A DNA stretch of 63,840 nucleotides, the filler included, from Octopus bimaculoides (taxonomy: Eukaryota), in NCBI RefSeq assembly GCF_001194135.2. It is 6 parts of 6 records of this genome, joined end to end, with 100 filler letters (N's around TTAATTAATTAA, not from the genome) between each part and the next. Parts side by side here need not be neighbours in the genome. Positions count along the whole stretch, not along the records: positions 1 to 23,026 come from NC_068983.1; positions 23,127 to 43,699 come from NC_068991.1; 4 more parts are not named here. One strand, 5' to 3'. A program made the translations under genes and the position numbers. The first letter of the stretch is position 1; the number at the start of each line of letters is the position of its first letter. The notes under the pieces were generated by a model. It saw only the letters and a list, made by a program, of their open reading frames with translations, had not been told where the DNA came from and did not search any database. Positions 11,600-24,971 of this stretch are shown in pieces.

Positions 11600-12950
11600 T
11601 TTAGATCCAAAATTTAATGTCTTCCGTGTATTGGGTCCTAAAGAATTTGAGTCGTGAGGAAATGTCCGTTTATTAGGAACAAGAAGTGTGTAACAATAGT
11701 TGTGATTACTTTCTTAGTATATACTGAATTTAACCATGTTATTTATTTTTATACCAGTGATCACGAAACCAATTAGAGATGAACACTTATAAGCGATTAC
11801 GAAACCAATTAGAGATGAACACTTATAAGTGATCACGAAACCAATTAGAGATGAACACTTATAAATTAAATTGAAACCACATCTCCTCGTTAGAATGTTG
11901 CAGTGTGAGATGTCTTTGTCGAATATCTTATCTGAAGATAGACTGGACATAAAGCTGATATTTCCGCCAATGTGTTTAATCATTGTAGGAAATTTTTATA
12001 TAACTTGTTTGCTCGTAAGAATTATGGAATGGTCACTGTTTGCCAGTATGTGAATTCATTTTAATACCTAAAAAGTTCACTATTCTTAAATAGTATATTA
12101 ACTGTGAAATTAAACTAGATATGTGAAATTTTTGCTATGCTATATCAATTCCTGCTATCTACTACACGAAGTTCGTCGTCTCTGTATAATTCTATATCTG
12201 TTTCTGCTATACTTTTGAATGGATGTTGGACATAAAGACTCACGTGATCCGATATCTCCGCAATGACAACCCTCACAATAGATAACATCGAAAAGTTCAT
12301 TAACCTTGCTTCTTGATCCACTTGGAAACATTGTAAAAATAAAAAGCTTTCCTGGTATCCACTAATACCGGTCACTATTATAGTGATAGATATTTTGCCG
12401 AATGTTAAGGCTTGCAGAAGATTTCAAGAAATCGACCGATAAAATTCCACTATACTGAACTGGATGACCATGCAATTTGGGTAAATTACTTTGAGTTATA
12501 ATTGCATTGCTTTAAATTTGGTGTGAATCTGATTCAGAAATTGATAAAATCTAATATTTGTTCGCTGATTCTATTCAGTTTAGCTTCTAATGAATTTATC
12601 AGTCTACATTGAGGATTGTTAGTAAAGTTTTCTTTGTGATCTTAAAGATTCTGTTTAATTTATGTGTTCTGTTTGGTCATCTAATTTCAACTGCACAGCT
12701 TCGCCTTATCGTTTATTATATGTTCTAATATTAGTCGCAATTATATCTAATAATAATCTTTTACGCGTATTTCTCTCTAGCTCTTGTACATTGTCACTAA
12801 TCGGTAGCTGAAATTTTGAAGGGTTGCAGAAACTTTTGCCATTCGTTTTGAAAGCTGTGGGCATGGGTTCTTTTATAAGTTTAATATGTCCCTCTGTGAA
12901 TCTTTCAATGTCTTTGATTTAAGAATAATTTCTATTTGACTTAAAACAGT
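11600..12950 (-). mobile_element. Penelope-like element (PLE) RT fragment, decayed
   Basis: Minus strand: DHKENFTNNPQCRLIN, RISEQILDFIN, QFSIVEFYRSIS, ELYRDDEL, SSLSSDKIF and ITWLNSVYTKKVITTIVTHFLFLINGHF, all in PLE RT order. Confidence 0.88.
11757..11864. repeat. 36-bp x3 tandem repeat inside the PLE
   Basis: GTGATCACGAAACCAATTAGAGATGAACACTTATAA at 11757, 11793 and 11829; the middle unit has 2 substitutions. Confidence 0.95.
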
Positions 12951-13204
12951 CTATTTGATAGCATAAGTTAAACTATTGAGTGTGAAGTTGTTATACAGGA
13001 CTGACTCATGAGTCATAAGGAAAGAAAAATGTGTCCATGCTGAAGAAAAGAGATAAAAAGAAGCACGATCAATATGCTGAAAGGCCAAGTGAGAGTTAGT
13101 AAGAGAATAGGGAAAGGATATGAATAATGGACAAACGAAAATAAGGTGAGTGAATAAATAAATTGGTAGCTCGATAAACAAGCAAAGAGGTAGCAGACAG
13201 AAAA

Positions 13205-13206
13205 AC

Positions 13207-13276
<70 letters not shown>
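13205..13276. repeat. (GATA)n microsatellite
   Basis: Directly visible. Confidence 0.98.
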
Positions 13277-13277
<1 letters not shown>

Positions 13278-13331
13278 AGAATTAAAGTGATACAAGAATA
13301 ATTCTGAAATTAATTTAATGTCATTATTAAA

Positions 13332-13540
13332 GGCGGCAAGCAGAATTGTCAGCAACCGGACGAAATGCTTAGCAGCATTTCGCCTTTACGTTTTGAGTTC
13401 AAATTCTACCGAGGTTGACTTTGCCTTTCCTCCTTTCAGGATCGATAAAATAAGTACCAGTCGAGTACTGAGGTCGATGTAATCGACTAGTTCGCTCCTC
13501 CCACCAATTTGAGGTTTTGTGCTTATAATAGAAAGAAAGA
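13332..13540 (+). mobile_element. SINE family A
   Basis: Head, B-box GAGTTCAAATTC, core and tail. Confidence 0.9.
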
Positions 13541-14699
13541 ATTATCATTATCAACATCTAATGAAACTGAGCCAGTGAATCTATAAATAAATAAATAAAG
13601 AGTTAAAATAACAAAATTACAGTGATAAAATTTTAGTGATAAATTATATGAAAGGTGTGAATGATTTTCGAATATTGGTCTTTATAGTTCATTGAAATAA
13701 AATAAATCGGGGTAAAGATGTTAAAAGATCGGTCACAGAAACAGCAGTTATTGTTGCCACTACTACTCCCACTACTACTGTCATCATCGTCGTCATAATC
13801 AGTATTCTCGAGAGAAAATTATTGAAGCATTAAAACATGAACATAAATAATTGAACAAATAAGTAAATTATAAATTGATGGAATAAGAGTTACAAATTGG
13901 CGATATTTATATTTTCATCAATATCATGGTGGACATAGTGAAAATTAATACGTAAACGGATAAATACTGTAAATGACTAAATAAATACATAAATAAGCAC
14001 GTATGTGAGTATATCGTTTAGTTGCAACTATAATTTGCACTTTCATCGTCAAAAACTGTTGTATCTAAGTGAACATTATTGCACCATTAGATTGGAAAGA
14101 ATTTTATGATAGAGGAAATACAGAAAATAACTTGCAAACTTGAGCAACAGAGAACTGAAAATGAAACCATCGTTACCAAAATAGCATCATAGAAATGGCT
14201 TAGAAATTAGTTTTAAAGCTAAAATTTTGTCATGGCTAAATATTAAAAAAAAATTAATAAAAATTTTAAAAATCAAGATAATAAAAGATTAAAAAGAAAA
14301 GAAAATTCAATATAAAGCTGGATGATGAATTGCGATTTGCAATAAAATTAATAAGTTTTTGTAAAAGGTACATCGTTCAGTATTAAACGAGGAAAAAAAT
14401 AGTGTTCCAAGGATGCAGAGGAAATATTTGGATTAATTCAAACTTATAATTTTTTTCGTAAAAAGTTAGTATCAGAACATTTTAGTAATGGGCAGTTCAT
14501 ATTAATATGCTTGTGATAGGTCTCATTGGGTTAGCGAAGGTAAGTCGTTAGTTGTGGGAAGGGTCTGTAAGTGTCCTGGTTGCTGACTTTTGGATTTCTC
14601 TGTGGAGAGGAAGTATTGAGTACTGTGGTTCTGTCCGTTTTAAAAAGAAACATATAACAACAGTTAGATACCTTAGCTCCTGTTTTTATAACCGTTTAA

Positions 14700-15170
14700 C
14701 CACCATACTAATATGATGATCAAACAGAATATTGACATGTCTAACAAAAATACCCCTCACCCCACTCCACAAAGGTTCTACTTAAAACGTCATAAGCAAC
14801 AATATACACGACTTGTATGAAATGTCTCAAACAGAGCAAATTTTTCTTCAGTTACACAAAAAAAAAAAAATAGTCAAGCAACAACGGTTATTTCGAATTT
14901 CGATCTAACAAGTCCCCATCCAGTAATAGATTTTCAACACATCGAATTCTGAAATATCAACAAAAATTTCCCAACACTATTAGACGGAAAACTTCAGAAT
15001 CACAGAAAATCTGATGAATTATTTCTTGAATCAGATAAGACGAAAAGTCTGTATGAAATTGATCAGAACAAATACCGCTCGGCTTTTAATGCAATTACAA
15101 ATAAATACAAGAAAAATGATAGACTGGAAAACCCTTAATGAAAACACCGTCTAAAACTTCAACGGTGATA
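14700..15170 (+). mobile_element. Second PLE fragment (N-terminal/pre-RT region)
   Basis: FEFRSNKSP and SDKTKSLYEIDQNKYRSAFNAITNKYKK resemble the PLE ADKT..Y....Y..L...IT..YKK block. Confidence 0.65.
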
Positions 15171-15309
15171 AAGGAGAAAACATTAGGTAGTTTTATTCAC
15201 CTTACAACTTAGTGGTAACAATTCAGTACTAGGTATCAGGTACAATACTCCCTGACTATTGGTTCGACACGCCAACCACTGAGCTATGCGCCTTCACACA
15301 CTACACACA

Positions 15310-15360
<51 letters not shown>

Positions 15361-15506
15361 NNNNNNNNNNNNNNNNNNNNNNNNNNNNNNNNNNNNNNNN
15401 NNNNNNNNNNNNNNNNNNNNNNNNNNNNNNNNNNNNNNNNNNNNNNNNNNNNNNNNNNNNNNNNNNNNNNNNNNNNNNNNNNTCTCTCTCTCTCTCTCTC
15501 TCTCTT

Positions 15507-15543
<37 letters not shown>

Positions 15544-15690
15544 TCTTGATTTATTAAAAATCATCTTCACCATAAGCCAATGAGTTTCGTATGAGAATGG
15601 TAAATAATCTCAGGAACCAAGAATTCTCTACAATTGACATGCCACTACGCCAAAGGACATATGTGCGTGCGTGCACGTATGTGTTTGTGC

Positions 15691-15728
<38 letters not shown>

Positions 15729-16767
15729 GTGTCTGTGTGTGTGTGTGTCTGTGTGTCTGTGTGTGTCTGTGTGTGTGTGTGTGCGCGTGTGCATTTATAC
15801 ATACATACACGCAATGTGCATATGTATTTTCGCCTTAAACTATGAATATTTTACTTTGGCCATAAAATGTTCTCTTTTTGCAAATGTCTAGCTTTTATAT
15901 CTGGATAGAGAGTCAAGAAAGGCACAACTGTTATGAGGATGACGCCCATTCAGGGAGAAATATCTATCCATATATGTCCTCTTGTTTCCAGAAAAATAAA
16001 CAGCTTTTTACTTTGGTGGCATGGCAATTTTCATTACTTTTTTTTTTATACTAAATAATTTATTTCCTCTTCTCATTTGGAATTCGTTGCCATGGCCACT
16101 TAACATGTGTTTACCTTTTCTCGAAGCGAAGATAATTTCAGTAAACCAAGAATTTGTCTTGAATACTATTTAGTGTGCCTTTAATAATGTTTGTTGCCTA
16201 AATTAAATCCATTTCCACTTTGTGTTTGCCCGTCTGTCTATCTGTCTGTCTGTCTGTATGTATGTATGTATGTATGTATGTATGTATGCATGTAGCAATT
16301 AGTGTATTCATTAAAAAATATTTGATTACTGATCTAAAATTTCTCGTGTTAATTAGTATCCGTGTTGTGAATATATATTATTTATTTTAATTGTAAAATA
16401 TAGTCTGGTAGTGCCGGTCAAATTTAAAAGCTTTTTAAAATCGCAAATATGTTTTTCAAACGAATTTTAAGAAAATGAGCTTAAAATATAATTTATATTC
16501 ATAAAAACTGTCAGAAAATTTTAAACTAATATTTCCCATTGAAAATAGACACATCTTAATTTAAATGAAATGATATTATCAGGTACAATTATTAAGAATT
16601 ATAACAATTCTTTTTACATGTGAAATAAGTGATTGATCGTTGCTGTTGGACGAATCACCTTTGAGCCAAACTACGGAATTCAACTGTTCAAATCTCTTAA
16701 TAACTTGTGCATGTGCCAGCATCGTATATTCTCTTTTATCTTAATTCGTACTTTAGTTAATATTACA

Positions 16768-16897
16768 GGCGGCGGTCTGGCAGGATCCTTAGCACGCTAG
16801 GCAAAATGCTTAGCGGCATATCGTCCATATTTACTTTCTGCGTTCAAATTCCGCCGATGTTGATTTTGCCTTTCATCCTTTCGGGGTCGGTAAAATG
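16768..16897 (+). mobile_element. SINE family A, 3'-truncated
   Basis: Head and core through GGGGTCGGTAAAA. Confidence 0.88.
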
Positions 16898-16910
16898 TTT
16901 GAAACCACTA

Positions 16911-17015
16911 TTACAGGGTTCCAGGTTCAATTTCATGGCATGGCACTTTGGGCAAGTGTCTTCCAAGAGGCCTTTTGAGTGGATTTGGTAGTTGGAAACT
17001 GAAAGAAGCGTGTCG
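16911..17015 (+). mobile_element. SINE family B (CORE-like), internal fragment
   Basis: GGTTCCAGGTTCA..TTGGGCAAGTGTCTT..GAGTGGATTTGGTAG..GGAAACTGAAAGAAGC matches the full copy at 57419. Confidence 0.85.
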
Positions 17016-17377
17016 TTTAACTTCTTTGCTCTAAGCAACATCACTCGTGGCTGTCGACTTCAACTCGAGGTCATAGTAAGTCATTCATTGAAGTCTTCAT
17101 GGCTACGGTCTTAAATCAGCTGCACGATTTCCTAGCCCACTTGCAAGACGTTTTACGAGACACCACTCGTGTGGATGACTGTTGGCTCACAACGGGCTCA
17201 TCCTTGCTTTAACTGGTCTTGTTTTTAGTCCTGCAAAGTATCCATGAGGCCCCCATCATCTAGCGGACCAAATGGGAGAGGGAAGCTAATTTAGTCACTG
17301 ACCACCCGACCATGAAACGTAGCAAGATTTTCCTGGCCTGACCGTCGTATGCGTGTATGTGTGTATATGTGTATATG

Positions 17378-17441
<64 letters not shown>

Positions 17442-17516
17442 NNNNNNNNNNNNNNNNNNNNNNNNNNNNNNNNNNNNNNNNNNNNNNNNNNNNNNNNNNN
17501 NNNNNNNNNNNNNNNN

Positions 17517-17710
17517 TCCCAACCACCGCTTGACAGTCGCTGTTGGTTTGTTTGCAACCCCGTAACTTAGTGATTCGGCAAAGGAGACCGATAGAACAAG
17601 TACCAGGCTTCATAAATAAGTACTGAGTTCGATTCATTCTGCCAAAACGCTACAAGACGGTGCTCCAGTATGGCTGAAGTCCAGCGACTGACACAAGTAC
17701 AGTATAAAAG
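17517..17710 (+). mobile_element. SINE family B, 3' part
   Basis: CCGCTTGACA..CGTAACTTAG..GACCGATAGAACAAGTAC..GGTGCTCCAG matches 57620-57800. Confidence 0.82.
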
Positions 17711-18256
17711 ATAGTACAAATGTGTGTGTTTATGCGCTTATGTATGTGTGTACTTATATGTGCAACGACGGTAGATTGGTGATAAGTTCTCCCCAAGCTG
17801 AGTCAGCCTTATGAACTCCAGTTACGCTTAAACCATTTCCTCTCACTTGTTCCCGGTACTACCTAAATCCTAACGTAATCAGTCCCTTATAGGTGAAATC
17901 GGTTCCAACAGAGTGATTGGAGTTGACATGTTTATTTCTCTGTGTGTATAATTAATTGCACTATATTTTCCACACTACTTCCGGAGATGAAAAATTCTTT
18001 CTTTGGTTTTCGCTACTTTTACATCTAAGATATTATTTAACACCATTTGGTGAGTTTCTGGATCTATAATGCTTAGTAGATTTCATAATTTTTTTATAGT
18101 AGGCTAACAACAGATGTGTCATCTACTAACGTCACTGTATCATGGCCGGGTTACATGATGTACATGTAAAACGTTTAATAATATTTATATAAAGCTATTA
18201 ATTTATCATTTATTCATATTATTACTCAACATGAAAATATTAATATATATATGCTG

Positions 18257-18338
<82 letters not shown>

Positions 18339-18379
18339 GTGCACGTGCGCGCGTGCACATCTGTTCCCCAACATGAAAA

Positions 18380-18608
18380 AACACGTGACTGGGAACGAGT
18401 ATCGCAGTGATAATGACGTCATATCTACTGTTAATGACTTTTTTGGCCAACAGGATGAAAGCTTCTTCCCCTAAGGGATCAAATCACTGGAACACTGACG
18501 GGAAAAGTGTGTGAACCACAAGAGGGACAATGTTGAAAACTAAACCTTATTTAGTCACATTGCATAAGAATATCTCAGTCAGCCCGTGAACTTTTCAGCT
18601 GAGCCTCG
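18380..18608 (+). mobile_element. Mariner 3' fragment with right TIR
   Basis: Decayed transposase C-terminus (YRSDNDVIS...KCV..K.DNVEN*), then GAACTTTTCAGCTGAGCCTCG followed by TA. Confidence 0.82.
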
Positions 18609-18829
18609 TAATTACTTTGTAATTAGACATTGAGTCATTTATTCTGGTTCTATCTAAACATAGCAATTGAAGTGAACACATAAGATAAAACTAACGAAGC
18701 GGTCACTATTTTTCTCGTCTCGCTGTTGCTCTACCTCTACTACCATCACCACTACTACCAATGCCACCACCATTAGCAGCAACACAAATAAAAGCCAAGA
18801 GACCACAATTAACAAATTCAAAGTTACTG

Positions 18830-20830
18830 AATTCGCAAACGCTGTGTGATAAGAGAAAGTAATGTGATTAACTTCTCAAGAACCGAAAAATGTTAAAAAC
18901 CTTCTTACGAATCCATTTCATAAGGAACCGACCTGAAAACTGTAATGAATAAAAGGATAGAAACAAAAGGCCAGCAATCAGAACAAGATACACAGTAGCA
19001 AAGAGAAAAATGTCCCATACCGATCAAGGATACCAAAATGAATATCGCAAGGAGAGATACGGCACGGTAGAGGTGAGATTCCTGACAGAAGATGAAGCCA
19101 AGAAGTACTCAGCAACAACACTAAAGAGTCACAAACTGATCCTCCTACCAAACTGCCCTAGGATAGTAAGGCTAGTGATAGTAAAGGAAAGATCATCTGG
19201 TTGGTTGAAGCGATTCTCTTTGACAAAGAAGATAAAATTAATATTCTGTAGACCCAGAGGCTGCAGAAACAAAGTTAGTCGGGCAAAAAAATAAGCCATT
19301 GATCCAAAGAAATCACGGACGTATGGAATCCACCGCGAATCTAATCAATTGGCTAAGCGGTACAAAACCGTACGTGGCTGTTGAGAGCAGAAAGCCAAGG
19401 TGTCATTACTGTACTGAGACAAACAATCTCTGTCCAGGGCAAACAAAAAAAGGGTCTGGATAGTGAAAGTAAGTTGGTGGTTCTGGGCGTGAAAAGTGAA
19501 GGGAACGACTTCAAACAAGTAGCTATTTTTGCCCCAACTGACACATAGATAGCTATTTGGATGCATGTCTGAATTGTGTTGAGCTACTTGGGGTATAAAA
19601 ACCACGCAAGTCTACTCAGATATTTCCAATTGACTGGTGCCGACTGGAGTTTCTGAATGCGCAGATGTGGACATAGACAATCCGCGTCAGGTCATTCGGA
19701 TCGTATCTAGATAGAGAATTATGTTGGTCAGTGAATAAGGATAACAAAAGTTGTCAATTTAAATTCATCAGCTGTACGTTCCGCCTAGATAGTTTTCATC
19801 GGCAAGGATCTTATTACTGGAAGCTCAATGAGTCGCTAACCGCATTAGCGAATTATTTAAACGGGTATTGATGTTGGCAATTGTCAACAAATGCTGTTTC
19901 ACTCTCAAAAAGGTCAATTAGCATAGAATCGATGAAATTTAGAAAGGTCATAGCGAGAGACAAAAATACGGAGAAGCTTAGAAACTTAGAAAAGACGCTT
20001 TTAAAGGTCATCCCAGCAAATACGCTGGCAGCAGGATTTGCTCTCGACTAACTCTTCAACGAAAAGTACGAATGCAGTTTGGTCAGGAGGCGAAAGCTGT
20101 TGATGGGGCTGAATGACCGAAAGGTAACCACAAAACAAAACCACACTTCTGTTTTGTTTTTTTTTGTTTTTTTGGGGCAGACCATAAAAGACGCTTGTTA
20201 TACGACCCCAAGCAAAAGTATACGGCTTTTCAGTAGCAATTCGCTCAACAGTCCGGGATGAATGGCGGATCGGAACTGAAGGTTGATTTCAGTGCCTACC
20301 TAGATTACTGCTGCGACTCTCGGCAAACGTGTTGCGAAGATTCCATATCAATCACAGAAATAAAGAAAGTGACGATTGACTGTATGGTGTGCAATCGCTT
20401 GTATTGGATGGTTTTCCAATGAGCATTACTTTATATGCCAAGCTTGTTTGGAAACCACTTGGGAAATATCTACCACAACTGTTAGCAGTTGTCCTGTGAA
20501 TGGAGAAGCGATAGCTCTGCTGAGAAACGATAAAACAAGGGGAATCTCGTTGACAATGTTTGTCCCTTAACTCTGTTAAATGCAGATTTCAAACTTTTGG
20601 CCAAAGAGTTAGTAATGAGGTTGATGTTTGTTGTCAACAGCATAATTGGTGACGGACAAACATTCATTATTCTAAACAGATCTATTTCCGACAGTCTCCA
20701 CCTCATGCAATACATCATATAGAGGGTGGTTAAGAGCATGTCATGATTGGAGCTTTGATCAAGTAAGGTCAGTCGAAAGCTTACGCTACGGTTGACCACC
20801 AATAGCTGGCGATTATTCTCACAGCAGCAA
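18830..20830 (+). mobile_element. L1/Tx1-like LINE remnant (ORF1 piece, APE endonuclease, RT domains 1-3)
   Basis: WT*...SYLDR (APE, ~19670-19715); PLTLLNADFKLLAKELV (from 20564); IIGDGQTFIILNRSISDSL. The 5' boundary is approximate. Confidence 0.78.
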
Positions 20831-21076
20831 GAAAACATTCCTCAACATGTTCCTTTGCCTGTTACTGTTGATTGTGGGATAGTAGATGTGCATCAAACAA
20901 ATATAAACACCTATGTATATTACTCAATCAACCTTCAATTTGCTAGAAGAGAATATATGTGCATAGACATGGGGATAGCTTGAAAATTAACTAGTTTGTA
21001 ATAACACATCAATACGTGAATGTCTACAATTTTCCTCTTATGTATTCATATCCTAGCCCATATATAAATATGTATG

Positions 21077-21111
<35 letters not shown>

Positions 21112-21720
21112 ATGTATGTATTATATGGTATATAATTATCGTATCTATCTATCTATCTATCTGTCTATCTATCTATCACGTCTACAACCAAGAGGCGTGG
21201 TTTATGAGAGGTTAAAGCTAATATTTTCACTGACCCTTAGCGACAGACCAAAATCTTAATTCCATACTTATTCTAAGTAGTCGACGACCACGATTCCTCA
21301 TTCAACTGCGTTGCTCTTTAAAGGCCATGCATGATACACACCATTGATAACATAATCAAGGCGTGGCCTAAAAGAGTGAGAAAGTAAAATATACATATAT
21401 GTGTGTATAAACGTATGTATATATAGGTATATATATATGTGTATATGTGTACAAAAAGCTATATGAATAGAAAGGTAGAGATAGTAAACAATAAGAATCA
21501 GAGAGAAAGGGGGAAAGTGGGAGATAAATAGGTGTGTGTGCAAATTATGAACTAAAAATGCTAATATTAAAGTAATTTCCCAGTGTGTTAATGATTCTCT
21601 GAAGAACCATATCGTATATATATATATAAACATGTGCGTGTATATGTGCGCGAGCGATGTGTTTGTTTGCATGTGTTTGGGTGGGTAGGTGATTGTTTGT
21701 GTGTGAGTGCATTACATTTA

Positions 21721-21776
<56 letters not shown>

Positions 21777-22542
21777 NNNNNNNNNNNNNNNNNNNNNNNN
21801 NNNNNNNNNNNNNNNNNNNNNNNNNNNNNNNNNNNNNNNNNNNNNNNNNNNNNNNNNNNNNNNNNNNNNNNNNNNNNNNNNNNNNNNNNNNNNNNNNNNN
21901 NNNNNNNNNNNNNNNNNNNNNNNNNNNNNNNNNNNNNNNNNNNNNNNNNNNNNNNNNNNNNNNNNNNNNNNNNNNNNNNNNNNNNNNNNNNNNNNNNNNN
22001 NNNNNNNNNNNNNNNNNNNNNNNNNNNNNNNNNNNNNNNNNNNNNNNNNNNNNNNNNNNNNNNNNNNNNNNNNNNNNNNNNNNNNNNNNNNNNNNNNNNN
22101 NNNNNNNNNNNNNNNNNNNNNNNNNNNNNNNNNNNNNNNNNNNNNNNNNNNNNNNNNNNNNNNNNNNNNNNNNNNNNNNNNNNNNNNNNNNNNNNNNNNN
22201 NNNNNNNNNNNNNNNNNNNNNNNNNNNNNNNNNNNNNNNNNNNNNNNNNNNNNNNNNNNNNNNNNNNNNNNNNNNNNNNNNNNNNNNNNNNNNNNNNNNN
22301 NNNNNNNNNNNNNNNNNNNNNNNNNNNNNNNNNNNNNNNNNNNNNNNNNNNNNNNNNNNNNNNNNNNNNNNNNNNNNNNNNNNNNNNNNNNNNNNNNNNN
22401 NNNNNNNNNNNNNNNNNNNNNNNNNNNNNNNNNNNNNNNNNNNNNNNNNNNNNNNNNNNNNNNNNNNNNNNNNNNNNNNNNNNNNNNNNNNNNNNNNNNN
22501 NNNNNNNNNNNNNNNNNNNNNNNNNNNTATATATATATGGGC

Positions 22543-22647
22543 AGTCACTGACATTTCATATCTAGCAGCTTCCGCTCCAACATATCAAAGTTTATTTGCC
22601 GGGTTCTGTCGATATCATCTCAACTCATAAAATCTACAGCCGACATG
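22543..22647 (+). other. Candidate first exon: 5'UTR plus ATG, followed by a donor site
   Basis: GCCGACATG|GTAAGT (ATG 22645-22647, donor at 22648); no upstream ATG in 22543-22644; unique, non-repeat sequence. No protein identity assignable. Confidence 0.45.
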
Positions 22648-23026
22648 GTAAGTAAGAAGCGATGTTTTACTCTCCTTAGTCTTTTTGTGACTACTCACCC
22701 ACCTCTATCTGATCGATCATTTCCTTCTTTTTCTTCTTTCACCCTCTCTCAATATTCTTTACCTATATACCTGTTTGCATATTTATCAATATGTTCTTTA
22801 TCTGTATATTTCTCTATACATAACTTTGTTTTTTACAAGTATATGTTTGTGTTAATGTGAACAGACATGTCTCTCTTACACACAAAAACACACACTTATT
22901 CTCTCTCCCTCTCACACACATATAAGATAGATAAAGACATATAAATAAGGATATGTATATATGTATATATGTATATATATATGTATGTGTGTATGTATGT
23001 ATGTATGTATGCATGTCTATGTTTGT

Positions 23027-23126
23027 NNNNNNNNNNNNNNNNNNNNNNNNNNNNNNNNNNNNNNNNNNNNTTAATTAATTAANNNNNNNNNNNNNNNNNN
23101 NNNNNNNNNNNNNNNNNNNNNNNNNN
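23027..23126. other. Assembly linker 44N-TTAATTAATTAA-44N
   Basis: Exactly 100 bp; the 12-mer places stops in all six frames. Confidence 0.97.
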
Positions 23127-23197
23127 ATATATATAAGTGTGTGCGTGTGTGTGTTATTCATGCATTCTTATATACATACATATAGCGAGAGGGAGAA

Positions 23198-23274
<77 letters not shown>

Positions 23275-23872
23275 GTCACTCGTGGCGATGATGCTGGAAC
23301 ATGATGATGGGGTGGCAGTGATAATGTTGGAGGTGGTGTCGATAGCGCCCATGCATGATTGTTACTTCGGTGATGATTCTGTTAGTGTTGTTGGAGAATT
23401 ACAGGAAGATGACGCCATCATTCAGCAATGGGATAGGGATACATATTTTTTTACAGCGTACTCTAGCAAAGCAGAAGTACATCATTCGAAGTGCGGAACC
23501 AGTCTATATGAATGTCTGTGTGAGTGTATAAGTGTTTGTATGTATGTGTACGTTTGGTGTTTATGTGTGTGCATGTATGTTTTTCATCATATGTAGATAT
23601 GTGTGTGAATATTTATATGTTTGAGCGTGTGTGAATATTTATATGTTTGAGCGTGTGTGAGTATACCTTTATATATGTGTGTATGTATATGTCTATATAT
23701 GTGTGTGTATGTATATGTCTATATATGTGTGTGTTTACGTCTATATATGTGTATGTATTTGTACGATTGAATGTATGTATGATTGTGGTGTGTAAGTGCA
23801 TGTATGTGTGTTGGTGTATGATCATGTGCGTGTATATGTATATTTATTTGTGAGTATGGATGTGTATGTGTA

Positions 23873-23928
<56 letters not shown>

Positions 23929-24532
23929 NNNNNNNNNNNNNNNNNNNNNNNNNNNNNNNNNNNNNNNNNNNNNNNNNNNNNNNNNNNNNNNNNNNNNNNN
24001 NNNNNNNNNNNNNNNNNNNNNNNNNNNNNNNNNNNNNNNNNNNNNNNNNNNNNNNNNNNNNNNNNNNNNNNNNNNNNNNNNNNNNNNNNNNNNNNNNNNN
24101 NNNNNNNNNNNNNNNNNNNNNNNNNNNNNNNNNNNNNNNNNNNNNNNNNNNNNNNNNNNNNNNNNNNNNNNNNNNNNNNNNNNNNNNNNNNNNNNNNNNN
24201 NNNNNNNNNNNNNNNNNNNNNNNNNNNNNNNNNNNNNNNNNNNNNNNNNNNNNNNNNNNNNNNNNNNNNNNNNNNNNNNNNNNNNNNNNNNNNNNNNNNN
24301 NNNNNNNNNNNNNNNNNNNNNNNNNNNNNNNNNNNNNNNNNNNNNNNNNNNNNNNNNNNNNNNNNNNNNNNNNNNNNNNNNNNNNNNNNNNNNNNNNNNN
24401 NNNNNNNNNNNNNNNNNNNNNNNNNNNNNNNNNNNNNNNNNNNNNNNNNNNNNNNNNNNNNNNNNNNNNNNNNNNNNNNNNNNNNNNNNNNNNNNNNNNN
24501 NNNNNNNNNNNNNNNNNNNNNNNNNNNNNNNN

Positions 24533-24699
24533 CAGGTTTCATAATCTGTACTTTATTTTAAGTGTATTTATATACATACATGCATACATACATACATACA
24601 TACAATATATAGATGTAAAATATATATTGTATGTATGTATGTATGTATGCATGTATGTATATAAATACACTTAAAATAAAGTACAGATTATGAAACCTG
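24533..24699. repeat. Perfect palindrome, 79-bp arms, 9-nt loop
   Basis: 24533-24611 is the exact reverse complement of 24621-24699; the left arm begins at a gap edge. Confidence 0.95.
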
Positions 24700-24836
24700 T
24701 AAAAATAATGATTTAGCTCACCTTTCAGTACGTGTGTGTTACACAGAGAAAGTTACACGCAAACACACACACACACACATACACACATACATATATACAT
24801 ACATATATAATATATATAATATATATGTATGTATGC

Positions 24837-24897
<61 letters not shown>

Positions 24898-24907
24898 NNN
24901 NNNNNNN

Positions 24908-24971
<64 letters not shown>

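Noticed and set aside
11757-11864. 36-bp repeats of CRISPR-like length
   Set aside because: Units are contiguous with no spacers, lie inside a PLE, and there are no cas genes; eukaryotic context.
17040-17340. GC-richer island that looks like a retroelement UTR (similar unassigned islands at 35500-36290, 57830-58430, 59530-59900)
   Set aside because: No second copy or diagnostic motif in the window; cannot be assigned without a repeat-library search.
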